64,000 bases of DNA from an uncultured Gammaproteobacteria bacterium. GTDB taxonomy: Bacteria; Patescibacteriota; Microgenomatia; Levybacterales; GWA1-39-11. The notes under the pieces are model-generated. The model saw only the letters and a program-made list of their open reading frames with translations, was not told the DNA's origin and ran no database searches. Position numbers and translations under genes: made by a program. Each line of letters starts with the position of its first letter. The stretch's first letter is position 1. This document shows positions 39,037-48,646 of the stretch, one piece after another. Location: NCBI GenBank assembly GCA_964568885.1, contig CAZMSF010000001.1, forward strand, positions 5,217 through 69,216. Direction: 5' to 3'.

Positions 39037-41523
39037 TTAAAAAAGTGAGGTAACGCGGCTCATCAGATATCCAACGCGTTCAATTGAGAACATCCTTTGT
39101 CTGTTGGCAGTTTCATAATTTAAAACGTTAAGAAATGCTCCGGATGTCTCGTCCCAGCTGAAATTTTTTGCCCAGACGTAGGCACTTTTCGAATATGAAG
39201 CCCTCAATTTCTCGTTTCTCATAAGCTTTGTGATAGCATTTGCAAAGCCTTTAGTGTCTTTGACAGGCACAAGAAGACCTGTTTTTCCATGAATTATTGA
39301 GTCTTTCAGTCCATTCGTTTTTGATGCTACAACAGGTGTTTTACAGGCATTTGCCTCAAGGACTGTTATTCCCCACCCTTCAACGTCTGAAGGCTGCACG
39401 GCAACCCAGCTTTCCGAGAGGTGTTTTATTTTTTCTTTTTCGCTTACTTTTCCTAAAAAGCTAACATTATTAGTTAGCTCTGATTTGATAACGATGTCCT
39501 GCAAATCTCTTATAATTTCGCCTTCTCCAACAATAAGAAATCTTGCTTTTTTCACTTTTTCCAAAACGAGAGAGAACGCACGTATCGCAACATCAACATT
39601 TTTGTATGCCTTTAACCGTCCTAAATAAATTAGTTGTGGAACTGAAGACTTTTTAACTCTTCCGGTAACAATCTCAATGCCCGGATTAACAATTTGAATA
39701 TTTTCTTCCTTTGCAATTCCTGCTTTAATAATTTCCTTTTTTGAAGACTCAGAAACCGTTATGACGGTTTTATTGCGGTATACAAGTGGCATCAATTTTC
39801 CTTCGATGAATTTTCCTACATAAGATAATGGAAATCTCATATTTGTGACAAAAACCTCCTGGTGAACGTGATGAATAAGAAGAACAACAGGTTTTGTTGA
39901 GAAAAGCGGGCTAAAAAAGGGAATACCATTCTCAGAATCAACAATTACATCAAAGTTCCGTCTGAACCGAAGGATATAATACAGCGCAGCCCAAGGATAT
40001 ACTGTGTAAAATCCTCCGCGCCTTACTATGTTAACCCCGTCAATTATCTCGTTTCTGTTGTTTTGTCGGTCGTTTCCACAAAATATAGTCACAGAATTTC
40101 CTTCAGTTACCCATCTTTTAGCCAGTTCCTGGACATAGACTTCTGCTCCCCCCGCCCATATATGTTTTGTGTCACGCCAATTAAGAATAAGTATGTTGAG
40201 TCCTGCGGTAGCTTTTTTTCGCTCAAACGGCATAAAAGCCTCAAAAAGATCGCGCATATTCAGAGAAATTGTTGTATAGAACGACTCAAGAAAATGAAGG
40301 AGTCCGATAACCCCAAAACTTATAAGTCCCATAACAACCATTACATTTGAGATATGGCTCAAGGAGTCATGAAATACTAAAATCCCGCCAATTTCACAAA
40401 GCGCAAGTATAAAACTCGCAACAGGCAGAACGTGTTTACCCTTTATTTGGTCAAATGACACAATATTCGTCGCAACTGTAAATGCAACCATAGCGAAAGA
40501 ATAAAAAGGTAAGAGCTCAACGATAGCAGACGCTTTTTTGCCAAAAAGAAATGGCATCGTAAAGTGTCCAAAAGCACCTACCGCTAAAAAGGTAAGAAAA
40601 CTCGATACAAAAGAGGCTAATAGCAATTGGTAGAAAACCTTATGAGAATTTTTTCCGGAACCTTCTTTGTGGCTTACAATCGGCAGGATAAATTGTGCAA
40701 ATAGTGACCCCGCAAAAAACACCATTTTGCCTGAAAGTGACAAAAGTGCATACTGCCCCGCAGCATCCGGAGAGAGAAAATGCTTTGCAAGAATCACGTC
40801 CAATGACAAGTACATAACGGTTGAAATACGGGTCATTGCACTGGAAAGGTAGAATTTGAAAGGAAAGGCAAGAGCCTTCTTCCGGATCCGCATTTTAGGC
40901 CGTTTTACCCGGAGCGCAGCAATAACTATTAAAATGAAAGATAAAGCCGAGGAAAAAACTATTGAAAGATATGCATAGTCATCGTATCCACCCTTTACCA
41001 TCAAGAACGCAATGGCAAATTTAGCAATAGACTCAAAAAGGGTAACAAGAGCCAAATATCCGAATTTGAGATTGCCGGTTAAATAACCACCGTCAACAGA
41101 CGAAAGCAATGTTGTAGCCCAAATCGGTGTAATAAGAAGCACCGGCCAGACGCTACTAATATGGAAAAAGTGGGATATACCGACACTGGCAAGAATCCAG
41201 AGAAATGAAACAATAATTGATACTACAATTGCTTTTTTTCGAAGGTACTGCCAAAAAGCAGTTGCAGGCTTATTGTATTTGCCAAAGTGATACGCGCTCT
41301 TATAGACTACTGCTTTCCCCAACGCTCCAACGGGAATATCGGTAATCGAGAGAATTCCACCGATAAGGCTTATGAGTGCAAAATCCTCAAGACTTACTGA
41401 TCTTCCTAAAAATGCGTTGTAGAGGAGATTAAAGACGTTGGATAATGCAGTTGCAAGCAGAATAAGACCTGCCCTTTTCTTCAAAGCATTATCCGTTCCA
41501 TTAATTTTTCTAAATAAATTCAT
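39037..41523 (-). CDS. Wzx-like flippase fused to GT4 glycosyltransferase
   Basis: About 12 TM with G.Y...S..GK; C-terminal WRD..H..AGGAE and EGWG...LEA. Confidence 0.85.
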   Translation of the reverse strand: MNLFRKINGTDNALKKRAGLILLATALSNVFNLLYNAFLGRSVSLEDFALISLIGGILSITDIPVGALGKAVVYKSAYHFGKYNKPATAFWQYLRKKAIVVSIIVSFLWILASVGISHFFHISSVWPVLLITPIWATTLLSSVDGGYLTGNLKFGYLALVTLFESIAKFAIAFLMVKGGYDDYAYLSIVFSSALSFILIVIAALRVKRPKMRIRKKALAFPFKFYLSSAMTRISTVMYLSLDVILAKHFLSPDAAGQYALLSLSGKMVFFAGSLFAQFILPIVSHKEGSGKNSHKVFYQLLLASFVSSFLTFLAVGAFGHFTMPFLFGKKASAIVELLPFYSFAMVAFTVATNIVSFDQIKGKHVLPVASFILALCEIGGILVFHDSLSHISNVMVVMGLISFGVIGLLHFLESFYTTISLNMRDLFEAFMPFERKKATAGLNILILNWRDTKHIWAGGAEVYVQELAKRWVTEGNSVTIFCGNDRQNNRNEIIDGVNIVRRGGFYTVYPWAALYYILRFRRNFDVIVDSENGIPFFSPLFSTKPVVLLIHHVHQEVFVTNMRFPLSYVGKFIEGKLMPLVYRNKTVITVSESSKKEIIKAGIAKEENIQIVNPGIEIVTGRVKKSSVPQLIYLGRLKAYKNVDVAIRAFSLVLEKVKKARFLIVGEGEIIRDLQDIVIKSELTNNVSFLGKVSEKEKIKHLSESWVAVQPSDVEGWGITVLEANACKTPVVASKTNGLKDSIIHGKTGLLVPVKDTKGFANAITKLMRNEKLRASYSKSAYVWAKNFSWDETSGAFLNVLNYETANRQRMFSIERVGYLMSRVTSLF

Positions 41524-41537
41524 ATTTTGTGCCTAGA

Positions 41538-43781
41538 TTAGGCGAATAATGACATCCCTAGTCTTACGGGAATAGATATAATTCTTGGCAAACCGAACAC
41601 TGCCCGTTGCTCTTTTTGTTTTTTTATATGGAGTCCATGTGTTGTTTTTTCCCAATAATGAGGCTTGAGAATGAGCTGGTACAAAGCATAGAATCCTGCA
41701 AATGAAATCATGAGCCAATAGAACGGTACAAAGAATATGTATTTAATAAGCGAATATTGTTCGCGTTTCATAAGCCCAATCATGTAGTAATAAAGGTAAA
41801 GAAAATTCCCAAACACCAATGAGAATCCGGCCATATAGAAAACGACAGCAGGATACAGCCTCTCAATTGCTGGCCCGACGTACGCGTAAAGCGCAAAATA
41901 TGAAAAAGTCGCAAGCCACAAGAAAGGATTTATGAGGATAAATGCGATTTTCCCTCCCAAAATCAGGTTGAACAGGAATGCGTGGTGCCTGTTGGTCTTG
42001 ACGAATTGATATGGATTTCTCGTGTGAACCAAATACGTTTGCATGTACCCCTTTATCCACCGGGAGCGTTGTCTAACCCAATTTCCCCACTTTGAATTTG
42101 CCTCCTCAAGCGTGGTCGAGTCGATAATTGCAGTCCTGAATCCTTCTTTAAATAGCCTTACGCCAAGATCTGCATCCTCTGTTACATTAAAAGGATCCCA
42201 TCCGCGAAGAGAAATCAAATCGGCAGTTCTGAAATGGTTTGAGGTTCCACCGAGGGGAATTGACGTATTAATGGATTGGTAGCCTGTAAGCGTTACGTCA
42301 AACCACAAAGAGTATTCCGCCGTAAAAAAGCGGGTCAAAAGATTTTGGTGAGGATTATGGTAATTAAGCTTTGCTTGCAAGCACTTGACCTTGCTACCTG
42401 CCTTTTTGAAGGCAAGATATGCTTTTTTAAGCTGCAGTGGGTCCGGTATGTCCTCAGCGTCATAAATAACCAAATATTCACCTTCCGCATACGACAGACC
42501 GTAATTACACGCTTTCGGCTTGGTTTTGGGCTGTGAATTCGGCACTACAATTGTGCGCACGAATGACGGTAAATCGAGTGCGGACGCGACTTCTTGCGAA
42601 TCTTTATCGTCCTCCTCAAGCAAAAGTAAAACATCAAGCTTGCTCTTTGGCCATGAGATATCCTCTATTGCTTTTACGAATTGAGGAATTATGTGCCCCT
42701 CTTTGTACAACGGGCACAAAATCGTATACATCGGAAGATTGTCTTCATCCAGCTTTTCTATCGCTTCATCGCTGACAGCTATCTCCTGAGGATTATTAAG
42801 ACTTTTTAGAATCAAAAACGCATTGAAGATAACATCTAAAAAGTAGACAGTCGATAGAAAGGCAATAAGAAGCCCTAACGTTGCCATGAAATTTACAATA
42901 AGCCCAACAGCAACAGTAGCAATGAGAAACCCAATGAATAACTTTTGCCTCAAAAGGAATGTCCTTATTGCGCTTTTTCCATGAGGGAGCGTTGTGTGAG
43001 TGTAAAATTGTCGTCTTTTAAATCCGATTCCTGCACCAACCATCCCTCTTTTTGCATTAGCGGGAAGTGCGACCGGATGGATTTTCTTAAATTTGAACTT
43101 CAATGCATTAAGACCGATTTCGAATGATGTTTTTATTGATTCTACCTTTGAACTTCCTTTCTTTCTTTTTGCAAAAGCAATATCATAGGAGCTTGTTTGA
43201 AATCCTGCTTCACGGGTGCGGTGAAGAAACTCCAAGTCAAAAGTCCACTGAGAAGAAGGGGAGAACCGTACGACGTCAATTACCCTTTTTCTGAAAACTT
43301 TCAATCCGGACTGCACATCCTCCGAAATACCAAAAAGCATTTTTCCGAACACTTTTCTAAAAGTCGTGCTCATAAAACGCCTGGAAAACGTGTCTTTGTA
43401 TTTTTTTCTGTTGGCAACAACTATATCGGCATTTCCAAGTTTTTCTGCCATCGGAAGGAGCGCTTCGGGTGGATACTGCAAATCTGCGTCAATGATGGCA
43501 ATGTTGTCGAATTCAGCTTTCAAAAATCCTTCAAGAAGAGAATACGCCTTGCCCTTTTTTCCTATCTTCGTAAAAAACTTTACAGGGTATGCTTCGCAAA
43601 GCGCTTTGATACGAAGCGGCGTGCGGTCGGTGGATTTATCGTCAATGAAAATTATTTCGTATTTATAGCCGGCCGGGAAAAGCGTACTATTGATACGAAC
43701 AACAAGCTCTTCAACATTATCAACCTCATTATATGTTGGAACTATAACTGACAATTCCTTTTTGAATACCTTTTTGTCCAT
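41538..43781 (-). CDS. Double GT2: polyprenol-P-sugar synthase-like domain fused to processive CESA-like GT2
   Basis: PTYNE, DADLQ.PP; then PLYKE, KPKA.N, YDAED, TEDAD, QRSRW. Confidence 0.9.
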   Translation of the reverse strand: MDKKVFKKELSVIVPTYNEVDNVEELVVRINSTLFPAGYKYEIIFIDDKSTDRTPLRIKALCEAYPVKFFTKIGKKGKAYSLLEGFLKAEFDNIAIIDADLQYPPEALLPMAEKLGNADIVVANRKKYKDTFSRRFMSTTFRKVFGKMLFGISEDVQSGLKVFRKRVIDVVRFSPSSQWTFDLEFLHRTREAGFQTSSYDIAFAKRKKGSSKVESIKTSFEIGLNALKFKFKKIHPVALPANAKRGMVGAGIGFKRRQFYTHTTLPHGKSAIRTFLLRQKLFIGFLIATVAVGLIVNFMATLGLLIAFLSTVYFLDVIFNAFLILKSLNNPQEIAVSDEAIEKLDEDNLPMYTILCPLYKEGHIIPQFVKAIEDISWPKSKLDVLLLLEEDDKDSQEVASALDLPSFVRTIVVPNSQPKTKPKACNYGLSYAEGEYLVIYDAEDIPDPLQLKKAYLAFKKAGSKVKCLQAKLNYHNPHQNLLTRFFTAEYSLWFDVTLTGYQSINTSIPLGGTSNHFRTADLISLRGWDPFNVTEDADLGVRLFKEGFRTAIIDSTTLEEANSKWGNWVRQRSRWIKGYMQTYLVHTRNPYQFVKTNRHHAFLFNLILGGKIAFILINPFLWLATFSYFALYAYVGPAIERLYPAVVFYMAGFSLVFGNFLYLYYYMIGLMKREQYSLIKYIFFVPFYWLMISFAGFYALYQLILKPHYWEKTTHGLHIKKQKEQRAVFGLPRIISIPVRLGMSLFA

Positions 43782-43990
43782 TATGCGTGCCCTCCTACTT
43801 TGTGAAACTGAATGAAATCGTCAAGAGAAGTATTCGAAACCCGATAATGTCCCCCAAATTCCACAGCCTCAAGCTGTCCCTCTTTTATGTATTTGTAAAT
43901 GGTGAGCACAGACAAACGAAGAAGCTCCGCCACCTCATGGACGGTTAAAAAATCACTTTTCCCTGTTGTTTTTGAAGTTGGATTGCTCAA
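43781..43990 (-). CDS. Excisionase/BldC-like MerR-family HTH protein
   Basis: LT..EVA..L.LS..TIY..I..G.L.A...G..YR. Confidence 0.9.
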   Translation of the reverse strand: MSNPTSKTTGKSDFLTVHEVAELLRLSVLTIYKYIKEGQLEAVEFGGHYRVSNTSLDDFIQFHKVGGHA

Positions 43991-44030
43991 AATTGAATAT
44001 AAACCTATAAGGTTTTAATATAAGCTGTTG

Positions 44031-44064
44031 ATTATAAGCTAGTTTGATATAGTTGTCAACTATA
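44031..44064 (-). promoter_or_regulatory. Consensus sigma70 promoter of the glycan operon with palindromic operator
   Basis: TTGACA-17-TATAAT; TATAGTTG-T-CAACTATA palindrome over the -35. Confidence 0.75.
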
Positions 44065-44176
44065 GGATGAGGTTTTCTAATGAATATTTTTATCAACTAT
44101 GGTTGAGTTATTTTTAGTATTGTTAGATTTTTCCCTTTTTGGCAGCCTGATTTTGCACAATGTATAATGCTTCATA

Positions 44177-44380
44177 GTGATAGAAAATAAGTTAGTTAAA
44201 TTCAGAGCCAAAAAAAATATGACCCAAGAGGAACTTGCGGGAGTTTTGGGTATAACACGTCAAACGGTAATTGCAATAGAAAAGGGTAATTACTCTCCCT
44301 CAGTACTACTTGCATTGCGGATTGCAAAATTCTTTAATGTAAAGGTAGAGGATATTTTTAAACTAAAAAATGAAGGATAA
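44177..44380 (+). CDS. XRE-family HTH regulator
   Basis: MTQEELA..LG.TRQT.IAIEKG.Y.PS..LA. Confidence 0.9.
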   Translation: MIENKLVKFRAKKNMTQEELAGVLGITRQTVIAIEKGNYSPSVLLALRIAKFFNVKVEDIFKLKNEG

Positions 44381-44738
44381 ATCAGTGCTACTTGAAATTA
44401 TTATAGCCTTATTTCTGATTGGGTTTCTTATCCTTTTTCTTTCTCCTATTGATCTTCTGATGCCTATGACAACCGGCACCATGTCAATACTGTTGGTTGC
44501 TGTTTTATTTATGGTATTTTCCTCGCTGGTATTTCGTGAAAAGTCCCGGGATGAGCGGGAAAATGTTCTTAAAATGAATGCCGGTAGGATTTCATTTCTC
44601 GCAGGAAGCATAATCGCCGTAATTGGCATTCTCTATCAAAGTACAACCCACAACATTGACCCTTGGTTAGTATATACATTGATAGGAATGATTTTAGCCA
44701 AAACCACTACCAGACTGTACTCTTCATACCGTAGTTAA
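44370..44738 (+). CDS. DUF2178-like membrane protein
   Basis: 4 TM with E...DERE motif, coupled to XRE gene. Confidence 0.65.
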   Translation: MKDKSVLLEIIIALFLIGFLILFLSPIDLLMPMTTGTMSILLVAVLFMVFSSLVFREKSRDERENVLKMNAGRISFLAGSIIAVIGILYQSTTHNIDPWLVYTLIGMILAKTTTRLYSSYRS

Positions 44739-44792
44739 CCGGATATGTAAAGTTGACTTGACATTTTGCAACTGTAACTGTACTCTTTTACT

Positions 44793-46514
44793 ATGCTTCT
44801 TTTAATTATATTTGCTTTCATAGCGGGTTTTGTAACCGTACTCTCCCCCTGCATCCTGCCTGTTCTACCTATTGTTCTTTCGGGTTCTCTTCAAGGGGGT
44901 CACAGACGGCCAATAGGCATAGTAACGGGTTTTATAGTGAGCTTTTCTCTTTTTACTTTGTTTCTTACAGCTTTAGTTAAGGCGACGGGTATTCCGGCAG
45001 ATTTTTTAAGAACTCTTTCTGTAGTAATTATTGTTTTATTTGGATTCAGCTTGTTACTACCAAATTTTCAGGTTCTTATGGAAAAAATATTTACAAAGCT
45101 ATCAGGTCTTGTTTCAAGGAATTCAACACAAGCAACAGGATTTTGGAGCGGCCTTGTACTCGGAGTTAGCCTGGGGTTAGTGTGGACTCCCTGCGTTGGA
45201 CCAATTATTGCTTCGGTAATAACTTTGGCTGCAACAAGCTCAGTGAACGGAAGCTCAATTTTAATTACTTTTGCTTACAGTCTTGGTACCGCAATACCAA
45301 TGTTTGCCATCACTTACGGAGGGCGTACTCTTTTGCAAAAAGTGCCTTTCTTGCTTAAAAATACCACAAATATCCAAAAGGCATTTGGGATCCTCATGAT
45401 TTTAGTTGCTGTAGGTATTTTCTTTAATTTAGATAGAAAATTTCAAACCCTGGTGCTTGATAAATTTCCACTCTATGGAACCGGTCTAACTAAAATAGAA
45501 GACAATGACCTCGTCAAAAACTCTTTAAAAGCTTTAAATGCACCACAAGTCGACAAAAATATGATAGGCAAACCAATGCCTGATAATAACCAGTATCCGT
45601 CTGCTCCTGAAATAATAACAGGAGGCAAATGGTTTAATTCGCAACCCTTAACGGTCTCAAGCCTCAAGGGAAAGGTGGTTCTTGTCGATTTCTGGACGTA
45701 TACCTGCATAAATTGCATAAGAACTCTACCCTACATAAAAGCGTGGAATGAAAAATATAAAGACAAAGGGCTTGTCATAATTGGGGTTCACACACCCGAA
45801 TTTGAATTCGAAAAGAATGCAAACAACGTAGAGAAAGCTTTGAAAGACTTTAAGATAACTTACCCCGTTGTTCAGGATAATGATTATGCCACATGGAACT
45901 CATACGAAAATCAGTATTGGCCTGCAAAATATCTTATCGATAAGAACGGGAAGATACGGATGACCCATTTTGGCGAAGGAGAATACGATGCGACAGAGAA
46001 AAAAATTCAGGAATTACTGAAAGAAACAGGAGCAACGGTAAATGAAAAAGTCCAAAACAAAGAATACACCGTCGACACACTCTCTCCCGAAACCTATTTG
46101 GGGTATGACAGACTCGGTAATTTCGCCTCAAAAGAGCAGGCACAACTCGACACCGTCTTCACGTATTCTCTTCCCGACAAGCTTTCATTTAATGCTTTTG
46201 CTTACGAGGGGAAATGGAACATCGGACGTACGACTGCTATGCCTTTCTCAAATTCATTACTCGCGTATCATTTTAATGCTAAAGACGTCTACCTTGTCAT
46301 AAACAGCAAAAACGGTAATTCCAAGATAAAAGTGTTGTTAGATGGCATTATGCTACCGGAAAATCAGGCTGGAGATGACGTAAGCGGCGGAGAGGTGACC
46401 GTGAATGAAAACAGACTTTATCACTTACTCCATTTTCAGAAAGCGGAAGAGCACGTTTTGCAGCTTATTTTTCTCGACGACAATTCCATGGTGTTTGCTT
46501 TCACCTTTGGGTAA
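44793..46514 (+). CDS. dipZ: DipZ-like CcdA + thioredoxin (TlpA) fusion
   Basis: SPCILP, WTPCVGP, DFWTY.CINC, GVHTPEF.FE, .FTFG end. Confidence 0.9.
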   Translation: MLLLIIFAFIAGFVTVLSPCILPVLPIVLSGSLQGGHRRPIGIVTGFIVSFSLFTLFLTALVKATGIPADFLRTLSVVIIVLFGFSLLLPNFQVLMEKIFTKLSGLVSRNSTQATGFWSGLVLGVSLGLVWTPCVGPIIASVITLAATSSVNGSSILITFAYSLGTAIPMFAITYGGRTLLQKVPFLLKNTTNIQKAFGILMILVAVGIFFNLDRKFQTLVLDKFPLYGTGLTKIEDNDLVKNSLKALNAPQVDKNMIGKPMPDNNQYPSAPEIITGGKWFNSQPLTVSSLKGKVVLVDFWTYTCINCIRTLPYIKAWNEKYKDKGLVIIGVHTPEFEFEKNANNVEKALKDFKITYPVVQDNDYATWNSYENQYWPAKYLIDKNGKIRMTHFGEGEYDATEKKIQELLKETGATVNEKVQNKEYTVDTLSPETYLGYDRLGNFASKEQAQLDTVFTYSLPDKLSFNAFAYEGKWNIGRTTAMPFSNSLLAYHFNAKDVYLVINSKNGNSKIKVLLDGIMLPENQAGDDVSGGEVTVNENRLYHLLHFQKAEEHVLQLIFLDDNSMVFAFTFG

Positions 46515-46564
46515 CAAAGGCAAGCTCTGCTTACCTTTGGGTAACAAAGGCAAGCTCAGCTTAC
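46503..46564 (-). repeat. Two 30-bp tandem units carrying the GTAAGC-NNA-GCTTGC hairpin and duplicated dipZ 3' end
   Basis: ACCTTTGGGTAACAAAGGCAAGCTC(T/A)GCTT twice. Confidence 0.9.
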
Positions 46565-47932
46565 AGAGAAGAAATCTTGCTTTGTCTTCATCCAATAATC
46601 TTCTTGCCGGGTCAGCTGCTTCGCATCCAGAGGATTTTCAAGCAAAAATTTGATTGCCTCCTCAAGATACAATGTATTTTGGGAGCCCTTCACAAGCACT
46701 ATCGCATTCTCGGGAAGCTCTTCCTTTATATGAAGCGCTGCTTGCACGGCATTCTTGTAGGCCTCAACCTTCCTTGTTTTCCCTTTCTTACCGACAAATT
46801 CCTTCACACGAGGGACAACGAATTCAGTCGTTAAAGGGCCTACACAGTACAGCTCGTCAACCACCCCAATCAATGCCCCTGCAACCTCCTCATGCTCGGC
46901 TTTAGACTCGTTCCCAAGCTCTCTCATGTCCCCCATTAGAAATACAGCAGGTCTTCCTGTTTTTTCCTTAAGATTTTTTAAAAGCTCAAGAAAGGAAAGC
47001 ACGGTGCTTTTTGAGGAGTTGTACGATGAATCGATGATAAGAGAATTCTTAATCCCGGCAAATAGTGACGAACGTCCTTTGGGAATAGTAAAATTTTTCT
47101 CCAGCGCTTCTTTTATTTGAGAGTAGGACAATCCAAGAGCGTGAGCAGCCAAGAGAACAGATGCAAAACTTTCCCGGGACGCAGGGGGCAGTAACACTCC
47201 GGGAAATGAAAGTTCAAGTGTCCTATTCATTTTTTGGCCCGGAATTATGTAAGTAAATTTTGTTTTCTTGGTTGTGACAGCATAATCTCCATAGTAAATT
47301 GAATTCCTCTTGTCCGTTCCGAACGTTTGAAGAATCAAAGACTCACTTCTGGCCTTTTTTTCAATTTTTTCGACCAACCGCAAATCATCTTTGTTATAAA
47401 TTCCCACTTTTGTGTATCCGTTGGTGATGATTTTGCTATCCTCCTCGGCAATTTTTCCTAATATGAACTCGAGAGAGTCTTTTGTGTGTTTTTTGAGAAG
47501 TTTTTCGAATTGAGCAGTATGTGTTGCTGTTGCATTTAAATCAATACTCATATCGGGCTTTACTATCGTCAGAAGATAGGACATGTTTTTGGGGGGATAC
47601 GGATCATCAATGCCCATTTCTACGATAAGATGAGTTATCCCCTTGAGGTGATGGAGTCTGAATGGCGCCCTTAATAGAGTTTTTAGCCAATTCCTTTTGT
47701 CAAACCCTGCAATATCAATGCCAAGAATGCCAAGAGGAACTCCAGTTTCAGAATTTCCACTTACCACTTCCGTCTTGAAAAAATCCTTCAACGCAGCCTG
47801 GAGTGCATTTCTGGTTGATGATTTGCCTACAGAACCTGCCACACCGATAACATATGGCCTATGAAGCATCAGAGCAAGCCTTGCCCAAAGCCGAAGATAT
47901 GATAATACCACTTTCACGAGAAAATCCCGCAT
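46556..47932 (-). CDS. murF: Mur ligase, MurF-like
   Basis: GSVGKSST, EMG.D, IIDSSYNSS, GDMRELG, LVKGS. Confidence 0.8.
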   Translation of the reverse strand: MRDFLVKVVLSYLRLWARLALMLHRPYVIGVAGSVGKSSTRNALQAALKDFFKTEVVSGNSETGVPLGILGIDIAGFDKRNWLKTLLRAPFRLHHLKGITHLIVEMGIDDPYPPKNMSYLLTIVKPDMSIDLNATATHTAQFEKLLKKHTKDSLEFILGKIAEEDSKIITNGYTKVGIYNKDDLRLVEKIEKKARSESLILQTFGTDKRNSIYYGDYAVTTKKTKFTYIIPGQKMNRTLELSFPGVLLPPASRESFASVLLAAHALGLSYSQIKEALEKNFTIPKGRSSLFAGIKNSLIIDSSYNSSKSTVLSFLELLKNLKEKTGRPAVFLMGDMRELGNESKAEHEEVAGALIGVVDELYCVGPLTTEFVVPRVKEFVGKKGKTRKVEAYKNAVQAALHIKEELPENAIVLVKGSQNTLYLEEAIKFLLENPLDAKQLTRQEDYWMKTKQDFFSVS

Positions 47933-48032
47933 GAAGTTATTTTAACACAGGCTTTGCTATCAAGCGTTGATTGGGCAATTTATGTAATCAGGACTTGACG
48001 AGTATTGGTTCTCTCATATATATTAGGTATCT

Positions 48033-48515
48033 ATGGATGACAACTCATTACAGGACGCACCTGTTGTTGATGGAGAGCTTGCGGTAACAACGCAGGAAGA
48101 AGGAGTAGCCTCTACCCAACCACAAAATCAGGCAGAACTTGTCGTTTCCTTGACAAATCTCATCAATTCAAATTTGACAGAAATCGGCAATCTCGAGAAA
48201 GAAATGGCAAAGCATAAAGAGATGATTGATAGTGTTCTTGAAAATGATGCCACATACAAACAGCACGCCGAAGCTTCAAAAGAAGCGGCCCGAGTAAAGG
48301 GCGCGACAAAGAAGGAGATTTTCAAGAGGCCCGACGTAAAACACGTCGTTGAAAAACTCAATGAATTGAAGGAAAATTTGGCAGATACGAGAGACGAATT
48401 GTCAAATTACATCCAAGAATACGCACAAACCTCAGGACAGAATTATTTTGAGGCTGAAGACGGAACCATACAGGAAATAATCTACGTTGCAAAGCTCCGC
48501 AAAAAGGCCGTTTAG
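48033..48515 (+). CDS. Coiled-coil hypothetical protein
   Basis: 160-aa ORF with TTGACG/TATATT promoter. Confidence 0.7.
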   Translation: MDDNSLQDAPVVDGELAVTTQEEGVASTQPQNQAELVVSLTNLINSNLTEIGNLEKEMAKHKEMIDSVLENDATYKQHAEASKEAARVKGATKKEIFKRPDVKHVVEKLNELKENLADTRDELSNYIQEYAQTSGQNYFEAEDGTIQEIIYVAKLRKKAV

Positions 48516-48646
48516 CTTCTTTTTTTCCAAAAAAAATACCGCAGATAAAATATCATTCTGAGAATTTCCAGTGCAAGGCACCTCTCTTTCAGAAGCTCTA
48601 TCCTGAATTTCTTCAGGACAACATTTTAATGCTGCGGCATTTTATA

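Noticed and set aside
43781-43990. Prophage excisionase
   Set aside because: No integrase nearby; it overlaps the first glycosyltransferase gene, consistent with a regulator.
46503-46564. 30-bp repeats as a CRISPR array
   Set aside because: Units are directly tandem with no spacers, only two copies, and no cas genes are present.
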